From assembly GCA_012295275.1 (NCBI GenBank), contig CM022675.1:2604001-2668000 (forward strand): DNA of 64,000 nt. The letters run 5' to 3'. The position numbers and the translations under genes were made by a program. Origin of the DNA: Chrysomallon squamiferum (lineage: Eukaryota; Animalia; Mollusca). Each line of letters opens with the position of its first letter. The stretch's first letter is position 1. Of the stretch, positions 52,336 to 64,000 are shown piece by piece. A model generated the notes under the pieces. That model did no database searches, was not told the origin of the DNA, and saw only the letters and a program-made list of their open reading frames with translations.

Positions 52336-52535
52336 NNNNNNNNNNNNNNNNNNNNNNNNNNNNNNNNNNNNNNNNNNNNNNNNNNNNNNNNNNNNNNNNN
52401 NNNNNNNNNNNNNNNNNNNNNNNNNNNNNNNNNNNNNNNNNNNNNNNNNNNNNNNNNNNNNNNNNNNNNNNNNNNNNNNNNNNNNNNNNNNNNNNNNNNN
52501 NNNNNNNNNNNNNNNNNNNNNNNNNNNNNNNNNNN
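52336..52535. other. Assembly gap (200 N)
   Basis: Run of N; round length suggests a scaffolding placeholder. Confidence 0.99.
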
Positions 52536-52812
52536 TACAAATAAAATTTAGTTGAATGTCAAGAACACAATCTATATGATGAAACACTAATTATGCATAT
52601 TATAGATAGACATATAGATATATATATATATATAGATAGATAAATAGATTGATAGATAGATAGATACCCATCAGACAGACAGACAGAAAGGTATTATTCG
52701 AAGCAATAAATGTAGTAGTAGCAATAATAGACGTAGTAGTGATGGCAGTACTATGAAGAACATTAACTAAAATAGATATTACATGTTAATTGTTTTTAAT
52801 GTTATTCTGCAG

Positions 52813-52986
52813 AAAGAGACAGAACATCACAAACACATTGAACTCAATAGACTCCTCGCTTGTCCAGTTCAACATCAACCTCAAAGACGGGTCTTCAGTT
52901 TCAGAATCAGCAGCTGTATCTTTAGATGAAGAACTTACATATGAATTTTCTACAAGTAGGAACAACGTATTTGTTTCCATATTCTC

Positions 52987-53029
<43 letters not shown>

Positions 53030-53269
53030 TATTTTTATCATGATAATAATAATCAAATAAATTCCCATTATGTGTAGAGACTTTTGCTGTCTAGTACACA
53101 CGTATACACGAATTTTATTATTATTTGTTTGTTTTTGTATTATTATTGTATTTTTATTTTTTTATTTTTTTGTCTTATTTATTATTTCATTTCTGATTTA
53201 TTCTCAGATTTCACAGCAGAGATTCTACTATATAACATTGCCGATATTGAACCAGGTAATATACATACA

Positions 53270-53327
<58 letters not shown>

Positions 53328-55638
53328 TATTCACTTCAAATATTCACTTTATTTTGCTGAATTTTTCAGTGTCTAGTCTTGATTTAAAACTAACTCTCAA
53401 CTTTTACATTTTCAAATTATTCATAAACAGTTCCTTAGGAATTCTCAGCAATTTCACAAACGAACAAAAAAGTCCTCTGAGTAATTAGTGATATTTTTTA
53501 TTTCTTTATGAAGTGAGTGTTCGCCTGGCTGGTGGTAATACAAGTAAAGAAGGTCGAGTAGAAGTTCTGCACGATGGCAAATGGGGCAGACTGTTCACTA
53601 ATTATTTGTACTTTTATGAAGCCACTACAATTTGTAGGAATCTTGGATTCAACAAGTAAGTCAGTAACAATACGTTCTGATTCTTCTCTATTGAGTATTT
53701 TCTAACAACATCACCACAGCACTAAGCGACAATAATAGAACGATGAGCTCATCTTTTTTATACTAGTACAAGCGTGGTTGTGGGGTAAAAGTGTGCATAA
53801 GAACTCTGTAAATATTTGTTGACTAAACCGAGTCTCACAACTCACTGAATTTTCCTAGATCGCTACTGTCCAGTCTTTACCTATCTATGTATCTGCATAG
53901 CTGTCTAACTTTATCTCTGTTATCTGTCTGTGTACCTATATATCTGCATATCTTACATTCTCTCTATCTCTATACCCCTCTATCTGCATATCTAACTTTC
54001 TCTGTCTCTATCTTTAAACATATCTATCTGCATATCTAACTTTCTCTGTCTATCTTTAAACATATCTATCTGCATATCTAACTTTCTCTGTCTATCTTTA
54101 AACATATCTATCTGCATATCTAACTTTCTCTGTCTCTATCTTTAAACATATCTATCTGCATATCTAACTTTCTCTGTCTCTTTAAACATATCTATTTATC
54201 TAAATCTTTAAATCTATCTGCATATCTAACTTTCTCTGTCTATCTTTAAAACTTATCTATCTGCATATCTAACTTTCTCTGTCTATCTTTAAAACTTATC
54301 TATCTGTATATCTAACTTTGTCTCTATCTGTAAACGTATCTGACGGCATAGCTGTCTAACGTCCTCTGTCTCTATCTTTAAATATATCTATCTGCATATC
54401 TGTCTAACTTCCTCTGTCTCTATCTCTAAATCTATCTATGTAGCTGTCTAACTTATCTTTATTATCTCTCTGTGTACCTATATATCTGCATATCTCACAT
54501 TCTGTCACATTCTCTCTATCTTTAATTATTTTAATAATAATACGCTCAATTTCCTTCAAATAGTTTCTATCTATCTGCATATCTGTCTATTAACCTATAT
54601 ATCTAACTATTATCATATCTTTCTAACTGTATCTCTATTATCGTCTGTGTACCTATATATCTGCATATTTAACACTATCTCTATCTGCATATCTTTCTTC
54701 ACATTTTACAGTTTTATGAAGTATAAATGTAAAATTATCTTCAAAACAATAAAAATTAAAAAAAGAACAAATAATAATAACGCTAGTGTAATTTCACGAA
54801 CAAGATTGTGTGTTTGTTTGTGTGTATATTAGCGTGTTATTGTGTGTGTGTCTGTGTACGTATTAGCAGCACTGCTGTTACAACTAAACTTACTTGTCTG
54901 TGCTGGACAGTGCGTTTGGTCTGCCACGTGGTAAAGGTTTCTTCCCGGGTGGAAGTGGGCAGATTTGGACCGGTTATTTAAACTGTTACGGATTTGAAAT
55001 GGATGTAGACGACTGTAACGGTTGGAAGATCAAGGGCTGTGATGATAAATGCAAAGACAAACAAATTGGAGTTATATGTGACGGTAAGAAAAATATTATT
55101 ATTATTATTATTATTATTATTACGATCAACGATCATCATCATCATAATATTTTTGTTGTTTTGTTGTGGTTGTTTTTGTTGTTAATATTTGAAAACATTA
55201 ACAAATCAACGAGAGACAGAACATTTTTTTCTAAGGTACCTATTACACAGAGTTTCTCGCTCTTATGAAGATTAAAATAAATAATGTTGAAAATAATAAT
55301 AAAATAAAAATAGGAAACATTAAATGCAAAACAGATATAAAATATCAGTTGGGAATTCAATCATTAAAACAGTAACAATAATTATCATGATGATGATTAT
55401 AATAAATCACTAAAAGCTAGAATTAAATAAAAATTGTGTTTTGTTTCACTAAATAAGAAAACCCTACACCATACAAACTGAGACTAGCGGAGCAGGGAAG
55501 TAAACATGAAGGAAAACTTCAAATATATGATGAAGGAAAATGGAATTCAGTGTGTTATAAGAATCATTTTGACCAAGCTTCAGCTGAAGTAGCATGCAGG
55601 CAACTCGGTTATGCAAAGTTAGTATGTTTATTTATTTT

Positions 55639-55693
<55 letters not shown>

Positions 55694-55854
55694 TTTTATT
55701 ACTATTATTGTTGTTGTTATTGTTATTATTATTATTATTATTATTGTTGTTGTTGTTGTTGTTGTTTTGGGGTTTTATTGTGTTATACTTTTGGTTTTCT
55801 TGTTTTCTTTTTTTTTGTAAATGTATTTACAAAATGTATAATGTGTAACTAACC

Positions 55855-55917
<63 letters not shown>

Positions 55918-57265
55918 TATAGACGGTCTGTCTACAAAGGCATATTTTTTAATAATTACATTTTGTTTTTGTGTTTGTGTGTGTGTGTGTATGCGTGTGT
56001 GTATGTGTGTGTGTGTGCGTGTGTGTGTGTCCACAGAGTAGAAAACTTTGCTATAGGTGAAAAGGTGGTTGGTAACAGATGGAAGTATGACGCTAACTGC
56101 CTTGATTATGAACCTGGTCTTCATCTGTGTGTTCTGACAGATCACGATGAACAAACTGAATGTCATTACGTAAAACTGAATTGTTCAGGTATTTATGTGA
56201 AAACTATCAGTTTTTGTTACGTCCGTGTCAATTAGCGACTTACATTCAGAAAGCAATCTATGATCCTGTCGCATACTTATTATACGAAAAAGGCAGAAAT
56301 CTCCAATGCAAATGACAGTCTCCCCATTCCATGTGAGAAAATATTTATTTTATTAGCTGTGACAAAACAATATATTAATAATTTATCTCATAATGAAATC
56401 TACAAAGAATGCGCAATTATTTGGAAAGATATCTGAATAATAAAAAAGTAAAAACATCTAATCGTAAGGCACATGCTGCCTTTTACAGTCACTTATCTAT
56501 GAATGTATTGATTTTGTGTTTATGTTTATTTTCTAGTGGACATATCAAACATTGAACTACGACTAGTTGGTGGTCCAAGCAGTAACTACGGTGTCGTTGA
56601 AGTGAAAATAAACAATGAGTGGGGCAGACTGTATGATGATCGCCCTAGTCCAGGTGATGCTAAAGTTTTGTGCAAGACACTTGGCTTTAACCAGTAAGTA
56701 AAAACAGAATCTAATATTAAAACAGATGAATATCCCTTGAAATCATGCAGTAATTTTATTAAAGCTTATAATAATGATCATTATGATGACGATGATGGTA
56801 ATGATAAACGATGATGATGATAATAATAATAATAGTAGTACACAAACTGACATAATTACTCTGTATGAACTGATATAATTTTGGCTGCTTTTGCTTACTT
56901 ATTTATTAAAAGCAGTTACAGAGCAATGTCATTCAGTGAAAGTGAGCATAATCTGACGTCAAGCAACAAAAAGATTTGGATATCAAGACTACGATGTTCA
57001 GGACTGGAAAAGAACATTAATGAGTGTTACCTTGAACTTCATGAAAAGGATGATCATGAGAAGTACACAGCACTGCTGTGTGCAGGTAATGTATTTTACA
57101 CAGCGAACACTAAACATCTACTACATGTTTATTGTCGTGGAGAAAAAACATTGAACAAAGCGATCTGAAACAATTTAAATAAAAAAATCTTGATTGGCTA
57201 GATACACACCTTTGTTTTGTGTGTTTTTCTGTCTGAGTCATCTGACAAGGAAAACATTGTAATAA

Positions 57266-57349
<84 letters not shown>

Positions 57350-58595
57350 GTTATGGTTTTTTTATTATTATTATTATTGTTTTATTAGAAGATAACCCAG
57401 AAATTGAGATTCGTCTGGTTGGAGGCAGTTCAGAACGAGAAGGTCGAGTAGAGATTAAATATCTTGGAATGTGGGGCACAGTCTGTGATGACTATCATAC
57501 TGATTACAACGCAGCTGTTTACTGCAGAATGCTGGGTTTCACTAAGTAAGTTATTAATAATGATTATTATAACAAATGTTTACTGCAGAATGCTGGGTTT
57601 CACTAAGTGAGTTATTAATATAGATTATTTTAACAGCTGTTTACTGCAGAATGCTGGGTTTTACTAAGTAAGTTATTAATAATGATTATTATAACAGCTG
57701 TTTACTGCAGAATGCTGGGTTTCACTCACTAAGTTACTAATGATGATTTTGTAGCAGCTGTTTACTACAGCACTGTAAGATTATTAACAACGATTATTGT
57801 AGATGTAATAGCGAGTGTTATTAATAGCCGTCTTACTTTCTTAAAATTATTTTTATTACAATTGTGTTTTTTTTCTTTTCTCTTTCTTTTTTTTTTCTGT
57901 TTCTATTTTTATTTTATTTTTTACTCTTCTTTGCTTCGCTTAGTAATTATTAACAATTGTTTAATACACATTGTAGGTTATTAGTAATGATTATTACGAT
58001 AGCTAGACGCTACAACGTAATTGTTTTCCTTACGTAGGTTAATAATTATTGTTTCTATAGCAGCTCTCTATTATGACATTACCAACAACGGTTATTATAA
58101 GACTATGATAGTAAACAAACATACTTGCCATTGACTCATTGCCTGTTTTACAGTTCAAATGCTACAGCTTTTGAGAAAGCCTACTTTGGTGCAGGATCAG
58201 GACCTATCTTTCTGCAGCACGTACACTGTTTGGGAAATGAAACCAGTTTTGAACAATGCAGTTTTCAGTGGGACGACTATTGGTGTAGCCATGAAGAAGA
58301 TGCTGGTGTGAGATGTGCAGGTGACACTAAACAACTGTGAATGATTATTCTTTAAATTTCACTAGTTTTATGTCTTTTATCACCTGTTATTTATAATGCT
58401 ATTATTTACAAAATATCAGAAAGAAACTTAAAAATTATCAATAAATTTAGAACATTGAAATTATTGCATTTTCGTTTTTCGAGAAAAAACAATGTTAATA
58501 GATAAATTAAAAACAACAACAAAAAAAAACAACACTAGCCAGGGCAATAGACGTAATTATACTACTACAGCATCTACTACTACTACTACTACTAC

Positions 58596-58650
<55 letters not shown>

Positions 58651-59499
58651 TATTATTATTATTAATATTATTAGTAGTAGTAGTATTATTATTGTTATTA
58701 TTATTATTAGAATGTTGACCTTTAATTTGAATTTTATCATTAGCAACTCAAAAGTAATTCTTATGAGCTGCACGCCTAATCTATGAAATGAAGAGAAAAT
58801 ATTTAACGTCTTAAAAAGTATTTATCTACACACACCATTTATTAGCATTGTATTAATTTTACCAATGTTGAAAACAAAATGTTATGTGTAAGTAAATAAA
58901 TAAATAAATAAATAAATACAGACACAGGTACGCATTTCATATTATATTACATGACTTTTCCTTCCAGAATTTGTCTTCCATTTTTAAGTACAGTTTAATT
59001 CAATTATTATCAGTATTATTATCATCCACACATTTCTAGACGAATGTGAAAGTGTTCTTTCCAGGACGAAATTTTTGCCTCTGAATTTCTGTGGTTATTA
59101 TCAACAGTTATTCACTTTTAACTCTTCTAATAACGGAAATAAAATTACTAGTAAACATGACATTTAATTCCCATCACTTAGCATAATCTTCGTTATAACT
59201 GCTAGTCAAAATATAATTTTGCTGGAGATAGCAACATCTGTAAACGCAAATATTGTAATACTTTCAAACAGAGCCAGCAAACTCAGGCACTCTCAGGCTG
59301 GAATCATGCACTGCTGATAATCAGAAAACTGGAGAAGATAGGGAAACTTTGAAAATCATTGAAGACAGGTAAATAAAACATGTTGACATTTTTTATACAC
59401 TTATACTTGTTTAGCCCAGAACTCATAAACATGGAATTTTAATGGCTTCCGAGAAGCACTAGAGAATACTGAACATCATCATCATCACCATCATTATTA

Positions 59500-59572
<73 letters not shown>

Positions 59573-60699
59573 ATTATTTTTTTATATATATTTGTTTCGT
59601 TATATTATTAACATTATTATTATTTAAGAAAATATATATATTATTTTCTTTTCTTTTTCACTTCAGCTAGCAAGATTCATTCTAGATTCAAATAAATATC
59701 TTACGTAAATTAATGACCTCTGGATAGGCACTCCAACTGCAGACTAATTCTTTTGAAAATATTTACAATCACCAAGTATTATTTTTTTGAAAAATATATA
59801 ACTTTATAGCTTCTAATAATTAGAATAAGTGAATCTCCTTTTAAAACACTTAGAGTTTATTCAGATGGAGAAAACTAAAGAGAAATGCTATTTAATCTGA
59901 TACTCTTTATTTATTCAGCTGTCCATCGTCTGAGATTGGTAAACTGATGATACAGGAACCTGAAAGATCTGGAAACAACGTCACATTCAAGTTGAAGGCT
60001 TTCACCTTTAACAAAAACAACGCAGTCTCTACAGAATGTTCTGTCAAAGTATGTCCTCCAGATAAAAAAACTCAGTGCGACCCTGTAAGTGTTATCATTT
60101 TCTTCTATTAGTTCTAGATAATTTTATTTTATGTGTTTTATTTTGTCAGCTTAAAATATGCACATCACAGAATGATGTAGTCTAGATGATTATTAGTGAT
60201 AAAAGTGAACACATTTGTTACTCTATTTTAGCAATGGACAGTATTAGGAATATATTTAAATAAATGATAGTTTGAAACTGGTAAAATCTTATACGAAGGA
60301 AGAAATATATTTAAATATTAAGTTACGACTTGAAAATTGCTACTGTCCAAAGCTATTCATTTCTTAAATACTTTTCCGTATTGTTCTTAAAGAATTTGTA
60401 AAAAATTATTTTAATAATAATTCGCTCAATTTCCTTCAGAGAGTTTCTGTAAGTCAGGCTTGTTAAAGTTTATCTCCCCTGAAATGTAAATCTAACAAAG
60501 TGTCAGTTTTAGAAACAAAGACTAAGAACGGTAGCTGATAGTCAATTTAATACCAGACAAAGGTGATCAAATAACAGACAAAACAATTTGGTTTGTATGA
60601 AATAACAAAGACGAAGTTGTATAAATACAACTAACAAACACACTTAAAGCTAACATACGCATGCTAGGAAAGTAAAATGTATGGTTATAATTATTTTTT

Positions 60700-60734
<35 letters not shown>

Positions 60735-61677
60735 CTTTATTTATTTATGAATTAATATAACATAGAATTAAACTGGTAAAATCCTTTATTAGTCTATATT
60801 TAAGATACAGTCTGAAAGTTGCTTGTTTCAAAAGCCGCTGTTTTCAAGTCACTTTCTCTTATTGTTCTTGAATAATATGTAAAACATTCTTATATTAAAA
60901 GACTATACAGAAGAAAAAAAAAGAATGAAATGTTTCTTTCAAATTTCATTTTGATTATTTTCTCATCATTTCATTTGATTATCATTTTTATTTTCATTAT
61001 GACTATCTTACTACTAGTAGTACTACTAATACTAAAACTATTACTACTAACTCTGCTTCTATTTACTGACTAATTAATATATTACATAAGTAATAAATCT
61101 ATTAATATTCATTTTTATAAAATTTAATCGAACCAGCCAACCATTAAGTAAGAAAGTAAGTAGTAAATACATAAACAAACAAACAAACAAAAACAAACAT
61201 ACAAACTTTCAATTCAGGTGGACTGCAATGGCAAGGAAGGGTTTGGAAGAAAAAGAAGATCTGCTGAAATGTCTGATGAACTTGTCAGAAAGACATACAT
61301 TGTTCTGGACGTGATGGATGGAAATCAAATACCAAGTGAGTTTGTAACATTATTGTCTTTTACGTAAATAACCTTTATGGTTAGTTTCGTCAGTTTAAAT
61401 CAACAGTTAAATGCAGACTTTATTTATCATATATTAGTTGTAAGAAAGAAAAGAAACATCTGATATTTGAAAACCTTCCTACATTCTAGGTACTTCACAG
61501 ACATCTGATGAAGAACATGGATCTGATCTAGTTTATGTCAGCACCACGATTCTGATTGTTGTCTGTGTTGTCATGGTGATCATCTTCTCAGTTGTCATTG
61601 GGATTGTGGTGGTCGTCTTCCTGAGGAAGAAAAAGTCCAGTCTGAAGAAGGAAGATTTCAACAAACACCAGATTTAA
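52813..61677 (+). CDS. G4: plus-strand paralog, 5' exons missing before the gap; visible part intact, with the longest cytoplasmic tail
   Basis: Exons: 52813-52955, 53208-53255, 53514-53655, 54911-55083, 55458-55617, 56037-56188, 56537-56693, 56913-57085, 57389-57545, 58154-58320, 59272-59368, 59919-60084, 61218-61335, 61490-61677 (..[17 protein letters not shown]). Confidence 0.9.
53514..58320 (+). CDS. G4 SRCR1-4 cassette
   Basis: Eight in-phase exons with the same lengths as G2. Confidence 0.92.
53880..54700. repeat. About 40-bp pyrimidine-rich minisatellite in the G4 SRCR1 intron
   Basis: Unit tatctatctgcatatctaactttctctgtctatctttaaaca, many copies with degenerate edges. Confidence 0.9.
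57510..57800 (+). repeat. About 60-bp tandem repeat made of the SRCR4a exon end plus donor site
   Basis: gctgtttactgcagaatgctgggttt(c/t)actaagtaagttattaat.. about 5 copies; related arrays at 7114-7215, 31833-32025 and 47500-47660 (minus). Confidence 0.9.
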
Positions 61678-62015
61678 TTAACTTGAGAAACATTTCATGT
61701 TACTGTAGAAGCAAAGATTTTCAGTGATTATCCCTTTTTCATTATTTTTATAATTTTTTTCGCAATTTTTATTTATTTATTTATTTGCTTTGTTTATATA
61801 CTGACTTTTTGTTTAATTTGTTTGCTTGCAATTAAATTTCTCTGGTTTAAGGGGTAACAGTGATTATTTTGATGAACATTTCTTTGAATAGCAACGAACA
61901 CAAATTCCTTTATCAATTTGTTTGTTTGTTTATTTTATTTGTTGTTTTTCGTTTGGTAGTTTAGTTGTTCACTTTTATTTTATTTTTATTTTACTTTTTT
62001 ATTTTAATTATTATA

Positions 62016-62080
<65 letters not shown>

Positions 62081-62131
62081 TTATTGTTATTGTTAATATT
62101 GTTGTTATTATTATTATTATTATTATTATTG

Positions 62132-62180
<49 letters not shown>

Positions 62181-64000
62181 CGTAATGGTATTAGTATTAC
62201 TTAATTTTTTTGCTTCTTCTGCTGCTAGTAAAGCTTGCATCTGTATTTTTTCGAAAGATATATTTTTTTGTTTCTTTATTATTATAACAATGATTATTTT
62301 ATGTTTAATTATATTTTCAACAGGTTTAATAAATGCTTTTAGAAATGATTTTCTTGTAATTTGTTTTCTTTTCTGCAAGAAATCTCTATTTGTCAGCGAT
62401 TCTATTGTGTTTTCTCATATAGTACTGTCCTATCCGTTTAACTTGGTGCATCTTGTCTAGTCACGTCTGTATCTTGATGTTAATATCTAAGGGGAAATGT
62501 AAGTATTCTTAGAAACATTTAATGTGAAGAGTGGTTGCCCACATTTTACCATACCGTTACCAGTTCATGCTCATTTTACAAAATCTATTTATCACTTTTC
62601 TCTTTCTTTTAGTTTTGATTTTGAATTCATTTAGTACAAACAATAATTTTCTAATGATCAAATATTGCCATTCACCAAAATAAGCTTCACTTCGAGAAGA
62701 GTTTTCAGTATGGATGTCATCAGTGAACGAATACGTGAATTCAGAAACACATCAGAGAGGAGAAAAAAGAGAGAACAAGCAGGAAAAGACAAGAAACAAA
62801 TTTAATAATAATAACAGTAGTAGTAGGTCATTTTAACTATGTACAAACATTTAAATATGATTTAGTTCATCATTCTGTGATATTTATTGCCAGTAATTCT
62901 CTTTCACCAGCCGGAATTATAGAAATTGATAAAAATGTCCCGAAAAGTAAAAACAAGAAAGAGACAGATTCGTTCCTTCTACCTGACCTTTGTGTCATTT
63001 ACAGCCAGTATCTCTCTTTTACAAAGAGAAATTAGACAAATAAAACAAAATAAAAAATAAAAAAAATGAAATGTGTGCGTATCCGTGTGTGTGTGTGTGT
63101 GTGTGTTCATGTGTGTGTGCGTGTATGTGTGTTTGTGTTTGTGCCTACACTTTTTCCTTTACAGATCCTGTCATTATGAGTGATGAAGTTTAATTAAACA
63201 ATAGTGGACATTTTAGCAAAGCACAAAATTACTAGTAGATGAAATCTGTCTGTGCTCCACCCAGCACTCACAGTCCACGTCTAATGCAGCTCTAGACAAA
63301 ACTACTTCAGCCTTTTTCATTTTTTGTTAAATTGTTTTTAAACTTCACTTTTCTCTCTCAGATTGTTTTCACACAAAATAGAGAGCTATATGATGTGGAT
63401 GAAAGAATGACGCACCTTTTCTAAACTTTTCTCTCCAAAGAAATCAAACAAATATGACGAGTTGATAGATGTACTCAAGAATTAACTTATTAGTCTGTGT
63501 AGTGCACACACCACTTATCTGAAAATACAACTTCACTTCATCATCCTAACTCCTGCAGAGAAAGGATCCATATCAGACAGGTTTTTTGTTTTTATTTATT
63601 TTTTAATTTTATTATTATTATTATTATTATAAAAAATATTTCACGTTATAGTCAAATTTGGAAATAGAGATGTCATTTAATTTAGCATTCTGAAACATGT
63701 TTAGATTCTATCAATATTGTGCTTTGCTGTTTTTCAAAAGGACTGTATGTGTGAAATTTTACAGATATTTTTTTTTTCTCTTATCTAACAAAAGTGCAAC
63801 AAGAATAACAAAAACAGTCATAAGTACTTTTGTAAATATATTCATTTCAAAAAGTTATACAAAAGAATACTGAAAATATGAAACAGAGAATAAGTTACAC
63901 TGCAGTGACACAAACAAGTTAACTTACATTATTGTTTAACATAATACATCCAGAACTGTCAGATGTAGCAGTCCACTTGTGAATAAAGAAAAAAACATGT

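Noticed and set aside
57510-57800. Regularly spaced repeats resembling a CRISPR array
   Set aside because: Eukaryotic intron, no unique spacers or cas genes; the unit is a duplicated exon end plus donor.
62500-64000. Possible further gene at the window end
   Set aside because: No recognisable exon or family motif on either strand.

Overview
AT-rich, microsatellite-dense animal genomic DNA. The repeat spectrum and gene family suggest a mollusc, probably an octopod cephalopod (inference). The window holds a tandem cluster of four paralogous spliced genes: G1 (+, <1-11210), G2 (+, 24909-34857, complete, 19 coding exons, about 893 aa), G3 (-, 44426-52335) and G4 (+, 52813-61677). G3 and G4 face head-to-head across a 200-N gap and lack their 5' exons. 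There is also a decayed fifth copy at about 14.4-15.1 kb. Exons joined by hand at GT-AG sites with consistent phases give this type I membrane protein: signal peptide, two EGF domains, ZP-N, the first strands of ZP-C, four group-A-like SRCR domains, the rest of ZP-C, an RKRR furin site, a TM helix and a short basic tail. The main novelty is that the SRCR cassette lies inside the ZP-C subdomain as phase-1 modules, not N-terminal to the ZP module as in DMBT1. SRCR1-3 are highly variable between paralogs and SRCR1/SRCR3 have rewired cysteines, while SRCR4 exon a, the EGFs and ZP-C are near-constant. G1 and G3 each carry a frameshift. G1 has two phase-compatible duplicated mini-exons, one bypassing its frameshift and one removing the furin site. 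Most ORFs in the supplied track are microsatellite artefacts.
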